A stretch of 64,000 bases of DNA from Octopus vulgaris (GCA_951406725.2 OX597814.1:174344001-174408000), one strand, 5' to 3'; shown: positions 39,048 to 51,168, counted from the stretch's first letter. Notes: generated by a model from the letters alone, not told the origin. Translations and numbers: made by a program.

Positions 39048-42000
39048 CTAAGCTAGAACAGACTGGAATCTGGTGCAAGTGCAACTCTCCAGCTTGCCAG
39101 TTCTAGTCAAAACCATCCACCCCATGGAGCATGGAAAGCAGACATTAAAGGATGACGGTGATGATGTAGGGTGGTGAGTAGGAAGCAGATCCACTAAGAA
39201 ATTACTATCACATCCTGGAGCAGCAACATCTCATCATATTCATGTTTTATGTTTACTTTCTTCAAAAGAAGGAATATTTATTATCCTAAGAGAATTGGTA
39301 ATGTTGCATTGGATAAAATAAACAGTTTGAACTAGGTTGCTCACACTTCATGCTGCAACATGGGATGAATAACTACATTAAATGATTGATAACTACATAA
39401 ATATCTATAAAGCTGAAATGCGAAAAAGTTGTTGGATTTCTTGGTTATTTGTCTCATTTTGGGATGGGAACAGTTTAAGGGGCAGTAGATGGGGTCGAAT
39501 TGGCACCAAAATTTACAATGGGGTGGGCAATGATGTGAGAAGGGTTGCAAGTCGCTCAGGGCTATCGTTTGGTTACTTCGGAAACAAACAAATACACGTG
39601 CTTTAAGAAGTGATAAACACAGTTCTCATATCGAAAGATCACCACTAAAAGTTCTATAAGGTGGTACCCCAGCATTGCTGCAGTTCAATGAATGAAACAA
39701 GTAACAGATAAAAAGTTATAATAAATCTCTGAATGAGGTTATATTTGTATTAAAAAATGTCCAAAACCCAGCTTTAATGACGAGTGAAGATATGCAAGGG
39801 AGACAACTCCAAAATTCAAATTATTTGAATGATGCATGCTGTGGAGACAGCAATGATTTCTGACAAGAACTAGCGTGGTTCAAACTTAAAGGCAGAATTC
39901 TTCAAACCGTTAAATGGAATCAAATTATAATAAAACTATGAAACACCATGCTAACATGTTATGGTTATAATATAAATATAATTAAAACGAATGTTTAAAT
40001 TGCAACCAAAAGAGAGAAATAACACGAATTCCATCACTACAAAATAAAGCTATTGTGAGTGGTAATGCAGTCTTGTCAGCTATGATGTAGAGCCCATAAC
40101 CTCTAATGTAGTTTAAAATAATTTCCAAGAAATATTCAGTGTTTATGAACTGTAAAATTAATATAGTTGTTTTGACTGCAGTAGGGCTTACTATAAGCTA
40201 TAAATAATAATAATAATAATGAAATTATTGTATACAGTGCTCAGGTGCACCACAACTTGTCAGAAAGTGTGTATAAAGTATATGCAGTAATGTACAAATG
40301 TTACATTCACTACAATATTGCCCATGTGATCCACTAAAGCTGATCAATCATGACTTTTTGGTGAATAGGCTCCAGCAACAATTTCCTCTCTTGGTGTGCT
40401 TCCTTCTGAACCTATCAACCAGTATAATTTCTACACACTATGGCTACTAGACTTTAGGATGCAGCAGAGAGTGTTGATAAACACTATTGGAGTTGGGCAA
40501 CAGAGATTGTGGACAGCAGCTGATAACACAAAGACAATGGACAGTCAGGTGAACAGTGATTGACATTAGAAGTCAGTAGCTGGCAAGCAACTAACAACAC
40601 TTTATCTGCTGCTACCATTACACCAAGAACAAAAACTCGTTCCAGGTTCCATTGTACATTGTAATGACAACATTCATTTTTTGCATACAAAAAGAACAAA
40701 ATTTTGTTATCAAATGTCTCAACAGACTCCAGTGTTCTTCTTTGTACAACTGGTGACCATGTAATCAGGTTGGTGGCCTCCTCGGCTTGTGCAGTACAGT
40801 ACATAAAAAAAAAAGAATTTTCTGTCAATGTTACACTGACCTTACATATTTATTTTTGTTTTTTATTTTTCACATTCCTGGTTTTGCAGATTTTCTCAAC
40901 ATCAACTTGTATGGCATTTTATGTACCAGACAGCATTGTGTACAAAAACATCTGATAATGTTATGCAATTTAACTAACATTCTTAATCTTGCATTCACCC
41001 TTTTCAAATGCATGCTTCTTTTATACATTTCACATCAGCAATCTTTACACTATTCTTATAATTTTGTTCATTTCACCATGACCAAGAATTTTACTGGCTG
41101 AAAAGTCATACAAAATACAAAATGGATCAAATCCTGTAAAAGCTCATTTTCATTCCTTAATGCGTTATGCAATATATTCCTTGAGCAAACAGGTATCATA
41201 GGGTAGGGAGGAGATTTTAGTCTCGTAGGGAACAAGGCAAGCTCATTAGAATTTGTGCCACAATAAAATACACCCAGTCTGTACTGTCTGTAAAGTAGTT
41301 TGTGTATGAAGAAATGAAGACACTGTGCAATAGAGAAGACTCTACTGCACATTGCCATGAACACCTCTAGAATGCATATGTCCACAATGAAATGCACATT
41401 GTACATTGTAAGTGGTTAGCATTAGGAAGATTAAACTGTAGCTATTGGGTTAAAAATAGAATTTACCAAGGAGACTTGGTACCTGACCTGCCCAGAAGGG
41501 CAAGAATTCCAAACAAGAATGCTTCCTGTTTGTGATGACCTATCCAACCCAAGCCAACATAGAAAGTGGGTGAGTATGTGCGTGTGTGCAACTATGAACA
41601 TGTATATATCATTTAAACCTATATAAATATATATATAGATCTATGCATAGATAAGTTGTGTTGTATAAGTATTTAGTTCTTTGCTTATCTGCAAATATTT
41701 CCCCACGCAATGTAAGGTCATGACCTTTTTATCTGCTTAACCACTTAAGGGACTGGCATCTACTCAAAGCTGATACTATCTTTATGTTCAACACACCTTT
41801 GTATTATTTCTCATTCTTTTTTTCTGTTTCCCTTTATTTCTTTTGTCATCCCACTCTCTCTCTCTATTTCCCCCCTTTTTCTTTTTTTCTACACCCTTCC
41901 TTCTCTCTTTTTCTTTCCCTCCCTCACTTCAGTCTCTCACTAATTTCCTTTCAACATACTTAGTTTTACCATTGAGCCAACTACAAGCATTAAAACAATG

Positions 42001-42276
42001 TAATAAAAGTTTTAATTGCTAGCAAGGACACAGCATTTCGTTTAACTCCTCTAAATGCACTCTACTGCTTGACTATTGACTCTTATAAGTTCCTCCACCC
42101 TTTGACAAGTTTTGTTTTCCATCCCACTGGCTGTCCAAATCATCCTCCTCACCAAGCCAGCATGTTGGGGTTACCTGTTTAGTCACTGGTGAACTGACCA
42201 TGTGACAAGTTGCACTGAGTTATATGTTACCAGTAGCACTCAAGGATAATCTCACACGCATACACACACACTATGT

Positions 42277-42570
42277 TGTTTGTTCCTTCTCAAGCCATGC
42301 CTGGCTCATAAGGGTTGGTTTCCTTGGTGTTTAGGTTCCCCACCTGGATGAGACGCCGGTCTGTCGCAGGTAAGCTGCAAGATGCAGGACGAAAGAGTGA
42401 GAAAAAGTTGTGCCATAAGAGTCAGCAGAAGTTTGCCATTAACCTCTGCCGGAGCCGCGTGGAGCTTAGGTGTTACGCTCATAAACATACACATCGCCCA
42501 GTTTGAGATTCGAACCCATGATCCCTCGACTGCAAGTCCGCTGCTCTAACCACTAGGTCATGCACCTCCA
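42277..42570 (-). mobile_element. SINE family C (tRNA-like head)
   Basis: Homologous to 8372-8641; A/B boxes on - strand (TAGTGGTTAGAGC...GGTTCGAATC). Confidence 0.75.
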
Positions 42571-43014
42571 CACACACACACTATGGGCTTCTTTCAGTTT
42601 CTGTCTACCAATTCCACTCATCCAAATTCAACTGAAGCTAACCTTTATGCTATGTAGTCAACCAATATATGCTGGAATATCATAATAGAGTGATGTTTCA
42701 TGTTTCAAAAATTATCAAAGAATCACAGTAATTTCTGATGGTATTTCTACACTCTTTCATATGACTTTTAAAATTCATTATCTAAATGACATCTGGTATT
42801 ATGTAAATGCTTTGTTACACCTTCCAAAATAAATAAAAAAAAAACTTCAGTAGTTTTAATTATCAAATCTGTAGCCAAAATGGCAAGTAAGGGAAAGTTT
42901 ATAGAGTTATCTACTCACACACACAGACAAGCCTATATACAGAGTGCAAGAGCTATTTGAAGACATATTTGGTGATTTAATAAAACCACTCTAATCTAGC
43001 AAAAAACTTTTAAA

Positions 43015-46000
43015 CCTCGCTACGACTACCTTCTTTCTTGCACTTATCCTTACTCTTTCTCTATTCTTCAATTTCCATCTCATTGTATTGTCCCTCATTC
43101 TTTCAGTATTCCCTCATTACCCTGTCTAGCTCAAACATTTTTTTCGTTTAGACTTGTCTCCAGGTTCATAGCCACTCTGATTTTTCAATTTTTCAATTTT
43201 TCGTTTAGTATTGTCTCCCGATTCATACTAACCCATTTGCTAGCTCACGATTAACAGAACCTCTTTACTCAGCTACGGTGCACCCGCCCTCCCACCCCAA
43301 CCACGCATGCCGGAAGTTCCTATTCTCTTCCATTCCGGGGTTGCTTCCCATGAAGACTGCAAATGCTCTCACCATCCCTACCCCTAGTCTCGACCTATGT
43401 AAGGTAATGTTCATACAGTGCAAAATATGAAAGGCTAGCGTTATGCAGGTTGTACTGAAGGCTACTTTACTACTTCATTTTTTGCACATGAATTCTGCCA
43501 AATGCGAGCTTTCTTTTCAGGTACACGAAGCTACTGTCCACCGTCCCAGGGTCTCTAGAGCCCATGCCTTCCACACCCTCAGGGTTGGCACCCTCAACGT
43601 TGGCACTCTGAAAGGTAGGTCTGGTGAGATAGTCGAGATGCTTGAACGGAGATGTGTGGATATATGTTGCATGCAAGAAATAAGGTGGAGAGGAGGATCA
43701 GCTAGGTTCCTCACAGGCAAGGAACGCAGGTACAAGATTTTCTGGGCAGGGAATACTGACGGGGTTGGTGGCGTGGGTATACTTATCGCTGAGAAATGGG
43801 TAGATAAAGTAATTGAGGTAATCAGAGTAAGTGACAGAATACTTAAGATTAGATTAGTGCTTCATCATAGTTTAGCAACCATTATATCAGCCTATGCTCC
43901 TCAGTCGGGGCTACCCGATGGACAGAAAGACCGATTCTATGACACTCTACTGCAGACTACCTCATTGACGAACGACAGAGACCTTATCTTTGTGGCTGGT
44001 GACTTCAATGGTCACGTTGGACGACATGCTGGGGGCTTCCATGGCGTACATGGAGGCTACGGCTATGGCTCCCGCAACGAGGAGGGAACCAGGCTGCTGG
44101 AGTTCTGCGATGCAAATAATCTTATGATTTGCAACACTAACTTCAGGAAACCTACCAGCCACCTAGTCACTTACCAATCGGGCCAACATACCAGCCAAAT
44201 TGACTACATCCTTACAAGGCAAAGGGAGAGATGGCTGCTTATAAATGCCAAAACCTTCCCAGGTGAAGAATGTACCCCACAACATAGACTGGTAGTTAGT
44301 GACTTTAGGATCAGGACTAGGAGGACAACCAGAAGACGACAAATATGGAGAAGAAGGATCTGGAAGCTTAAAGATCCTGCAAATGGACAGAGATTTAGGG
44401 ACATATTACTTGAAGCCTCTGACGAAGTAGAAGGGGATAGAGCATCACAGGGGGTAGAAGACAGCTGGACGTTTCTAAGGGACAACCTGCTGAGAGCCAC
44501 TGACCAGATCTGTGGCTGGTGCAAAGTCCCCTCTCGACCTAGAATAACGTGGTGGTGGAACAATATTGTAGACAGGGCTATTAGAGAAAAGAGACAGGCT
44601 TGGAAGGTCTGGAAAAATGGGGGTAGCAGGGAATTGTATCAGACTGCCAAAAGAGAAGCTAGGAGACAGGTTTATTTAGCCAGAGGGGAAGCAGATAAGA
44701 AAAAATTTGCCAATGTTCTGCGCCGTGAGGACCAAAGACTGGAGGTGTTTCGTGTTGCAAGACAGTGTGTGAGAGAGAATCGTGATGTGGTAGGAGAGAA
44801 GTGTGTTCGCATGGAAGATGGTTCACTTGCGCTAAATGAGGATGCAAAGAGAGAGGTTTGGAGATGCCACTATGAAAGGTTGCTGAATGAAGAAAATGAA
44901 TGGGATAAAGAGAGTCTGCCGAATGTTGACCCAACAGAGGGACCAGCTATCCGAGTTGATAGTTCTGTGGTAGCTAAGGCAATTAGAAGCATGAAGACAG
45001 GGAAAGCCCCAGGCCCATCAGGAATCACTGCAGAGATGCTCAAAATGTCTGGTAGTGTCGGCTATAGCCTAGTCACCCATATAGTTAATCAGGTGATACA
45101 CAAAGGGGTCATACCCAATGACTGGTGTAGCAGTATAATAGTCAACTGCTACAAAGGTAAAGGTGATGCCCTAGATACAAACAACTACAGAGGTATCAAG
45201 CTGTTGGACCAGGTGATGAAGGTTACGGAGAGGGTCATAGCCCAACTAATTAGAGAGAGAGTTAGTTTAGATGAGATGCAGTTTGGGTTTGTGCCAGGGA
45301 AAAGTACTACTGATGCTATATTCCTGGTAAGGCAGCTGCAGGAGAAATACCTAGCCAAAGATAAGCCCCTGTACCTGGCTTTTGTTGACATGGAGAAAGC
45401 CTTCGACAGGGTCCCCCGATCCCTTATCTGGTGGGCAATGAGAAAACTAGGGATAGATGAATGGTTAGTGAGAGCTGTGCGGGCCATGTATAGGGACGCC
45501 GCTAGTAGGGTGAGGGTTGGAAATGAGTACAGTGAAGAATTCCGGGTAGAGGTAGGGGTCCACCAAGGCTCAGTAATCAGCCCCCTCCTATTTATCATAG
45601 TCCTCCAGGCAATAACGGAGGAATTCAAGACAGGATGCCCTTGGGAGCTCCTCTATGCTGATGACCTTGCTCTAATTGCTGAGTCGCTATCAGAACTGGA
45701 GGAGAAGTTTCAGGTGTGGAAACAAGGATTAGAATCGAAGGGCCTCAGAGTCAATCTAGCTAAAACCAAAGTCGTAATCAGTAGGAAGGTAGACAAATCA
45801 CAAACACCTTCAGGTAGATGGCCCTGCTCGATCTGTAGAAAAGGTGTAGGTAGAAACTCTATAAGATGCACCAAGTGTAAGCTATGGACACATAAGAGAT
45901 GCAGCAATGTCAAAGGAAGGCTAACTAGGAAGATGGTTTTTGTATGTGGCAGATGCTCAGGAACAATAAACACTGAAAATGCTCTGAGACCAACTTCTGT

Positions 46001-47222
46001 CACTTTCCAGGGAGAAAAACTAGAAATAGTTGATAGTTTCCGTTACCTAGGTGACCAAGTCAGCAGCGGGGGCGGGTGTGCTGAAAGTGTAACTGCTAGA
46101 GTAAGAATAGCTTGGGCAAAGTTCAGAGAGCTCTTACCTCTGCTGGTGACAAAAGGCCTCTCGCACAGAGTGAAAGGCAGACTGTATGATGCGTGTGTAC
46201 GAACAGCCATGCTACATGGCAGTGAAACATGGGCCGTGACTGCTGAGGATATGCGTAAGCTCGCTAGAAATGAAGCCAGTATGCTCCGATGGATGTGTAA
46301 TGCCAGTACTCACACTCGGCAGAGTGTAAGTACCTTGAGAGAAAAGCTGGACCTAAGAAGCATCAGTTGTGGTGTGCAAGAGAGACGTTTGCGCTGGTAT
46401 GGTCATGTGGCGAGAATGGATGAAGATAGTTGTGTGAAAAAGTGCCACACCCTAGCGGTTGAGGGAACCTGTGGAAGAGGCAGACCCAGGAAAACCTGGG
46501 ACGAGGTGGTGAAGCACGACCTTCGAACTTTAGGTCTCACCGAGGAAATGACTAGAGACCGAGACCTCTGGAAGTGTGCTGTGCGCGAGAAGACCCGGCA
46601 GGACAAGTGAGTCCACAACCCGTGGCCTTCTACATGGGATGGAGCCAGCCTACGTATGCATACCTTCCCTTCTTGGGACACAAAACTCTACTTGTGAAGA
46701 CGTGTTGAGGCAAGTGAGGATCAGAATCGAAATCGATCAATGGAAATTGCGGATGTGCTACCAGTGCCGGTGGCATGTCGAAACTCTGCTTGTGAAGACC
46801 CATTGAGGCAAGTGAGGATCAGAATCGAAATCGATCAATGGAAATCGATCAATGGAAATTGCAGATGTGTTACCAGTGCCGGTGGCATGTAAGAGAACCT
46901 TCCGTTTCGCGACCGTTGCCAGCACCGCCCCGTTTCGTGTTCGTTGCCAGCCTCGCCTGGCCCTCGTGCCGGTGGCACATAAAAAACACCATCCGTTCGT
47001 GGCCGTTTGCCAGCTCTGGCTGGCACCAGTGCGGGTGGCACGTAAAAAGCACCCACTACACTCACGGAGTGGTTGGCGTTAGGAAGGGCATCCAGCCGTA
47101 GAAACACTGCCAGATTTGACTGGGCCTGATGAAGCCTTCTGGCTTCACAGACCCCAGCAGAACCGTCCAACCCATGCTAGCATGGAAAACGGACGCTAAA
47201 TGATGATGATGATGATGATGAT
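43015..47222 (+). mobile_element. Apparently full-length RTE-clade LINE (5' boundary approximate)
   Basis: Pyrimidine-rich 5' region, single intact ORF, 3' UTR with ~60-bp repeats, (GAT)n tail at about 47200-47222. Confidence 0.85.
43443..46610 (+). CDS. LINE polyprotein: APE endonuclease + reverse transcriptase + PHD-like finger
   Basis: 1055 aa with no stops. APE motifs TLNV, MQE, GDFNGH, QIDYIL, PQHRLV. RT motifs NYRGIKLL, QFGF, DMEKAFD, GVHQGS, YADD (45654-45665), FRYLG. RTE-type C-terminus RLRWYGHV...RGRPRKTW. Confidence 0.95.
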   Translation: MQVVLKATLLLHFLHMNSAKCELSFQVHEATVHRPRVSRAHAFHTLRVGTLNVGTLKGRSGEIVEMLERRCVDICCMQEIRWRGGSARFLTGKERRYKIFWAGNTDGVGGVGILIAEKWVDKVIEVIRVSDRILKIRLVLHHSLATIISAYAPQSGLPDGQKDRFYDTLLQTTSLTNDRDLIFVAGDFNGHVGRHAGGFHGVHGGYGYGSRNEEGTRLLEFCDANNLMICNTNFRKPTSHLVTYQSGQHTSQIDYILTRQRERWLLINAKTFPGEECTPQHRLVVSDFRIRTRRTTRRRQIWRRRIWKLKDPANGQRFRDILLEASDEVEGDRASQGVEDSWTFLRDNLLRATDQICGWCKVPSRPRITWWWNNIVDRAIREKRQAWKVWKNGGSRELYQTAKREARRQVYLARGEADKKKFANVLRREDQRLEVFRVARQCVRENRDVVGEKCVRMEDGSLALNEDAKREVWRCHYERLLNEENEWDKESLPNVDPTEGPAIRVDSSVVAKAIRSMKTGKAPGPSGITAEMLKMSGSVGYSLVTHIVNQVIHKGVIPNDWCSSIIVNCYKGKGDALDTNNYRGIKLLDQVMKVTERVIAQLIRERVSLDEMQFGFVPGKSTTDAIFLVRQLQEKYLAKDKPLYLAFVDMEKAFDRVPRSLIWWAMRKLGIDEWLVRAVRAMYRDAASRVRVGNEYSEEFRVEVGVHQGSVISPLLFIIVLQAITEEFKTGCPWELLYADDLALIAESLSELEEKFQVWKQGLESKGLRVNLAKTKVVISRKVDKSQTPSGRWPCSICRKGVGRNSIRCTKCKLWTHKRCSNVKGRLTRKMVFVCGRCSGTINTENALRPTSVTFQGEKLEIVDSFRYLGDQVSSGGGCAESVTARVRIAWAKFRELLPLLVTKGLSHRVKGRLYDACVRTAMLHGSETWAVTAEDMRKLARNEASMLRWMCNASTHTRQSVSTLREKLDLRSISCGVQERRLRWYGHVARMDEDSCVKKCHTLAVEGTCGRGRPRKTWDEVVKHDLRTLGLTEEMTRDRDLWKCAVREKTRQDK

Positions 47223-47569
47223 ACTGGCAGAATGTGTTTATAAAACATCTTTTTCTCTTTGCTTTATTGAGAAAATTCTATAGTTTGTAAGATATTTGTT
47301 GTTTTTTTTCTTCAATTTCTGCAATTTCAACCAATCAGTGACGTCTATTCAGTTAAAACGTATTCTGTGTCATATGAATATGTTCCTTGTTTAAGAAACA
47401 GATTGGGTTTATTTACATTTGTGACGAAAAAAAGATACCCTTCCCCCAGCCCTAACCCTAACCCTAAAAGAAATTGAAATGCAATAGATCGATTCTAGGG
47501 TCATAATTATGGGTGACAATTTCATATGACACCGCTAGAAAACACTGCCGTTCAAACCGAAAAGATCCA

Positions 47570-48285
47570 CCTTCAGTGAAGGTATGGTTTTGTGAGAATG
47601 TTGATTAGTCTCCCTTTCAACAATGCTCCAAATATAGTAGTCCATGGGATTTAAATCTGGCTTTTTTTTTGCAGGCCACAAATTTGGTGTTATATGATCA
47701 TAAAGATAGACTGAAATCCATTCTTCAGTTACATGAACTTTGTGAGAAAGTACCAAGTCATATAGCTTTCCACTATGTATTTCATCCAGCCATCAACATA
47801 TCCAGAAATATAAATTCTAAAATCCTGTGGAAAGATGTGAGGTGGCATAACATGACCTTTATTACTCACCACTTCTAAAACCATTACAGTTGCTGGAAAC
47901 TTAGTATGCATTAGTCGAAGGACATCAGAAGGATCTGCATGTAACCAACTGTTATTTCTCCTGTTAGACTTTTGGTCTTGCTGAAGTTCTCATCAGAAAA
48001 GTATCAAAATATACTATTTTTGTGAGAATTTTTAATCTTAAGTAATTACTTAGTGTGAACCAAACAGCTTTCTTTTGTCTTTTCAAACATGAATTGGCCC
48101 CTCCTCAGTAAATACAACTTGTTTTGAATGTACGTATGCACCACAGTTCTGGTAATCCACTTTGACACCTGAAGTTCTTTGATGATGGCCTTCATTGATT
48201 TTCCAGGATCATCATTGATAAAGTTTTGAACCTGCCGGATGAATTGCTGAGTACTTATAGTATCCAAATATTTAAAATGCTGTTG
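47570..48285 (-). pseudogene. Degenerate IS630-Tc1-mariner transposase (DDxD-like)
   Basis: Fragments DPGKSMKAIIKEL, VMVLEVVSNKGHVMPPHIF, WPAKKKPDLNPMDYYIWSIVE. Confidence 0.75.
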
Positions 48286-48296
48286 CTGTTTGTTTG

Positions 48297-48657
48297 TTTG
48301 TTGAGCAAAGCGGTCTTCGTCCCAGAGTGGGAGAAGTCTGAAATGTGGTCCTTTGCTATTCGTAAGACCCGCAGAAGAGAAAGCAGGTCAACCCCCGACA
48401 CCGAGAGCATCAACAGATGGATGAATGTGTATCCAGGCTCAGCGGTTGTGTAGGAAGTCGGGGATAAGAAACAGGAAGAAAGAGTGAGAGAAAGTTGGAG
48501 CGAAAGAGTGCAACAGGGGTCGCCCCCCCTGCCGGAGCCTCGTGGAGCTTTTAGGTGTTTTCGCTCAGTAAACACACACAACGCCTGGTCTGGGAATCGA
48601 AACTGCAATCCTCCAACCACAAGTCCGCTGCCCTAGCCACTGGGCCATTACGCCTCC
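48297..48657 (-). mobile_element. SINE related to family C, inserted at the edge of a DNA-transposon fossil
   Basis: Shared GAAAGAGTGAGAGAAAGTTG...GGAGCTT..GGTGTTT body; tRNA-like head. Confidence 0.7.
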
Positions 48658-49556
48658 TTGCTGTTGCTGTTTAAACTTTAGATCATACCTGAGAACTTAG
48701 CTGATAAAATTTGAGTTGTCATTAGCTTTCTCTGAATTTCAAAGAATATGTCTAGATGCTGTATTTGATCAAGTATCAAGAACTAAAAGGTGAGCAGGGG
48801 GAAAACTTTGGAGCAGTATGATGCTAGTCCAGGTTTTCCATGAGGATCTCCTTACAGATTCCTTAACTAATGCCAGTCATATGAGAAAGTGATAGATTAT
48901 TCACCATTATAAATAGATTATTCACCATTTGTCCTCAAGAAGGAGTTCGTGATTTTTTTTATTCTCATATTATGTAGTGTTTTGTTAGTGATTAGTTGCC
49001 CTGAAAGCTCATTTCAAACCAACACTTGACCAGCCTTGAAACATGCCACTAAAAAAAAAACTTTAAGAATATAAACCAACAACCTAATAAAGCATTTCGA
49101 GGGTCTTAGCAGCAAATTTGCTGTGTCTCATGCAGGCTTATGGCTTGAATTTCTAAAAACTCACCAAGCTGTTCTAAAGCAACATTACAAACCCATGTGT
49201 ACTGATTAAACATGAGTAGGTGGTAGTTATGCAATCCCTCGTAGGCAGTTGTCAATGCTTATCAGCCACTCACTGATTTCTGATAAAGAGTAAATACAAC
49301 TACAGCACGAATAGCTTAGAAACACTTCCTGATACATATATGTATATAGACACAAATATCTATATACATATATGTATACATGTGTGTGTGCCTGTATATG
49401 TGTGTGCGTGTATATATATATATATATATTTATATATAGAGGGCATTATTATACATACATGCCACATGCTAAGAGGGACAAAATTAGTCATTTCTACCAA
49501 AAATTTTACTAATCCCACCGAATGCAATTTTTCAAAGTAAGACATTTAAAAATATG

Positions 49557-49603
49557 GACTTGTATCACCTGTGATTTCATACCTCTGTATTCATCAGCAA
49601 GTC
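49557..49603 (-). ncRNA. Minimal type I hammerhead ribozyme (left arm; perfect stem I)
   Basis: Reverse-complement copy with stem I GACUUG/CAAGUC. Confidence 0.8.
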
Positions 49604-49643
49604 TGGATGTATCATAAATAAACGAACATTTATGATACATCCA

Positions 49644-49690
49644 GACTCGCTGATGAATACAGAGGTATGAAATCACAGGTGATACAAGTC
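49644..49690 (+). ncRNA. Minimal type I hammerhead ribozyme (right arm of palindrome)
   Basis: GACUCG-CUGAUGA-AUAC agag GUAU-GAAA-UCAC ag GUGA-UA^CAAGUC. Confidence 0.8.
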
Positions 49691-49935
49691 CATATTTTTA
49701 AATGTCTTACTTTGAAAAATTGCATTCGGTGGGATTAGTAAAATTTTGGTAGAAATGACTAATTTTGTCCCTCTTAGTGTGTGGCATGTATGTATAATAA
49801 TGCCCTCTATATATAAATTAATATGTTCAATAAGAAAGAATTATTTTCGAAATTTTTTCTTTTATGAGGTTTTTCACGCTATCTACCCGATAATTTCTTG
49901 TTAAGTTTTCCTTATTAAGAAGTTGTCCTTAATTG

Positions 49936-49968
<33 letters not shown>

Positions 49969-50599
49969 CCAGTGTTTTAAATCTGGGTTTTGTCCCCATT
50001 AATGGGAGTGGCCGGATCTACCTCAATGCCATAGCAACTGAGGTAGGCAGGTACAGCCCACCCCAAATTTTGGGCTGACTAGTGCCCATTCTTCTTTGAT
50101 GTCATGAGGCTTTTTTGGAGCTGGATTTTCTATGGGGAACATGCCTTTGCTTACCCCCAACCTCAGTTTCTAGATATGAGTGGTCCCATCACCAAGACCT
50201 CTACCACAATTTTTAAGAAATGTGGTGGAAATCTAGCTCAGGAAGGCAGGGACACTACTCCCTGAGACCCTTTCGGAGCCCCCCTACCTATATATAGTTA
50301 TAATTTTCTTTCACAACACATAGACAGTGTATAAGTGCTCAAGTTGAACCTGAGGCATTAGATAAGTATAATGGTGACAATAGAAAAAGTTCAAATCAGG
50401 TAAACTACAGTTAACACATCTATATATATATACGGATTTAATTAAGATAAAAATAAGAATTGTCTAAGTTGAAACATATATTGATATATTAGAGATATAA
50501 AAATATATGATTACTAAAAATATGGACATATAAATATATGATATATAAACATGATAATAATAGAATATAGATAAAAACATTATTATTATTTTAAAAAAT

Positions 50600-50793
50600 T
50601 CTTTTCTATTCTAGGCACAAGGCCCGAAATTTTGGGGCAGGGGACCAGTCGATTAGATCGGCCCCAGTACTTAATTTATCGACCCCGAAAGGTTGAAAGG
50701 AAAAGTCGACCTCAGCGGAATTTGAACTCAGAACGTAAAGACAGACGAAATACTGCTAAGCATTTCGCCCGGTATGCTAACGTTTCTGCCAGC
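50600..50793 (-). mobile_element. SINE family B-related
   Basis: Reverse complement of the family B core and head. Confidence 0.75.
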
Positions 50794-51168
50794 TCAAAAT
50801 ATGGTATAGAGAAAATAATAGGCATTAAAAAGAGTTTGGGTTACATGTTAGAAGAAAATAAAGTATTCCAACGATCTTTTTTGGAGTTCATTCGTCCAGA
50901 TAACAAATGAATCCTAAGATTCATTTTCAGAGGATGTCGCTTTTATTAGAGAAAAATGCTAGATATGCATTCAGTTTTGTTACCAAGGTATGAGATAATT
51001 GGATGCTTTTATAGAAGAGTGGATATAGCCATGCAAATAATGGAAGTCTTTATGAGGGCTGATGGGAGTAAAATTAGATTGCTTACTGTCTTTCTTAAAA
51101 TTTATATTTGTATTGGCAACATAGTGGTAGGATGTTTAGTTGTGCAACAGAAATTACTAGGGTTATAG

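Larger units (their letters stand above)
49428..49818. repeat. Near-perfect palindrome, ~190-bp arms, 8-nt loop
   Basis: Arms 49428-49619 and 49628-49818. Confidence 0.95.

Noticed and set aside
40340-41410. Moderate-complexity region with 100-114 aa ORFs
   Set aside because: No recognisable domain or consistent splice pattern; possibly an old transposon fossil, but unsupported.
47120-47150. CTGATGA followed by a small hairpin (AGCC-TTCT-GGCT) in the LINE 3' UTR; also at about 19843 and 55912
   Set aside because: No GAAA after the hairpin and no stem III/NUH; other subfamilies read CTGGTGCA here, so it is not a hammerhead.
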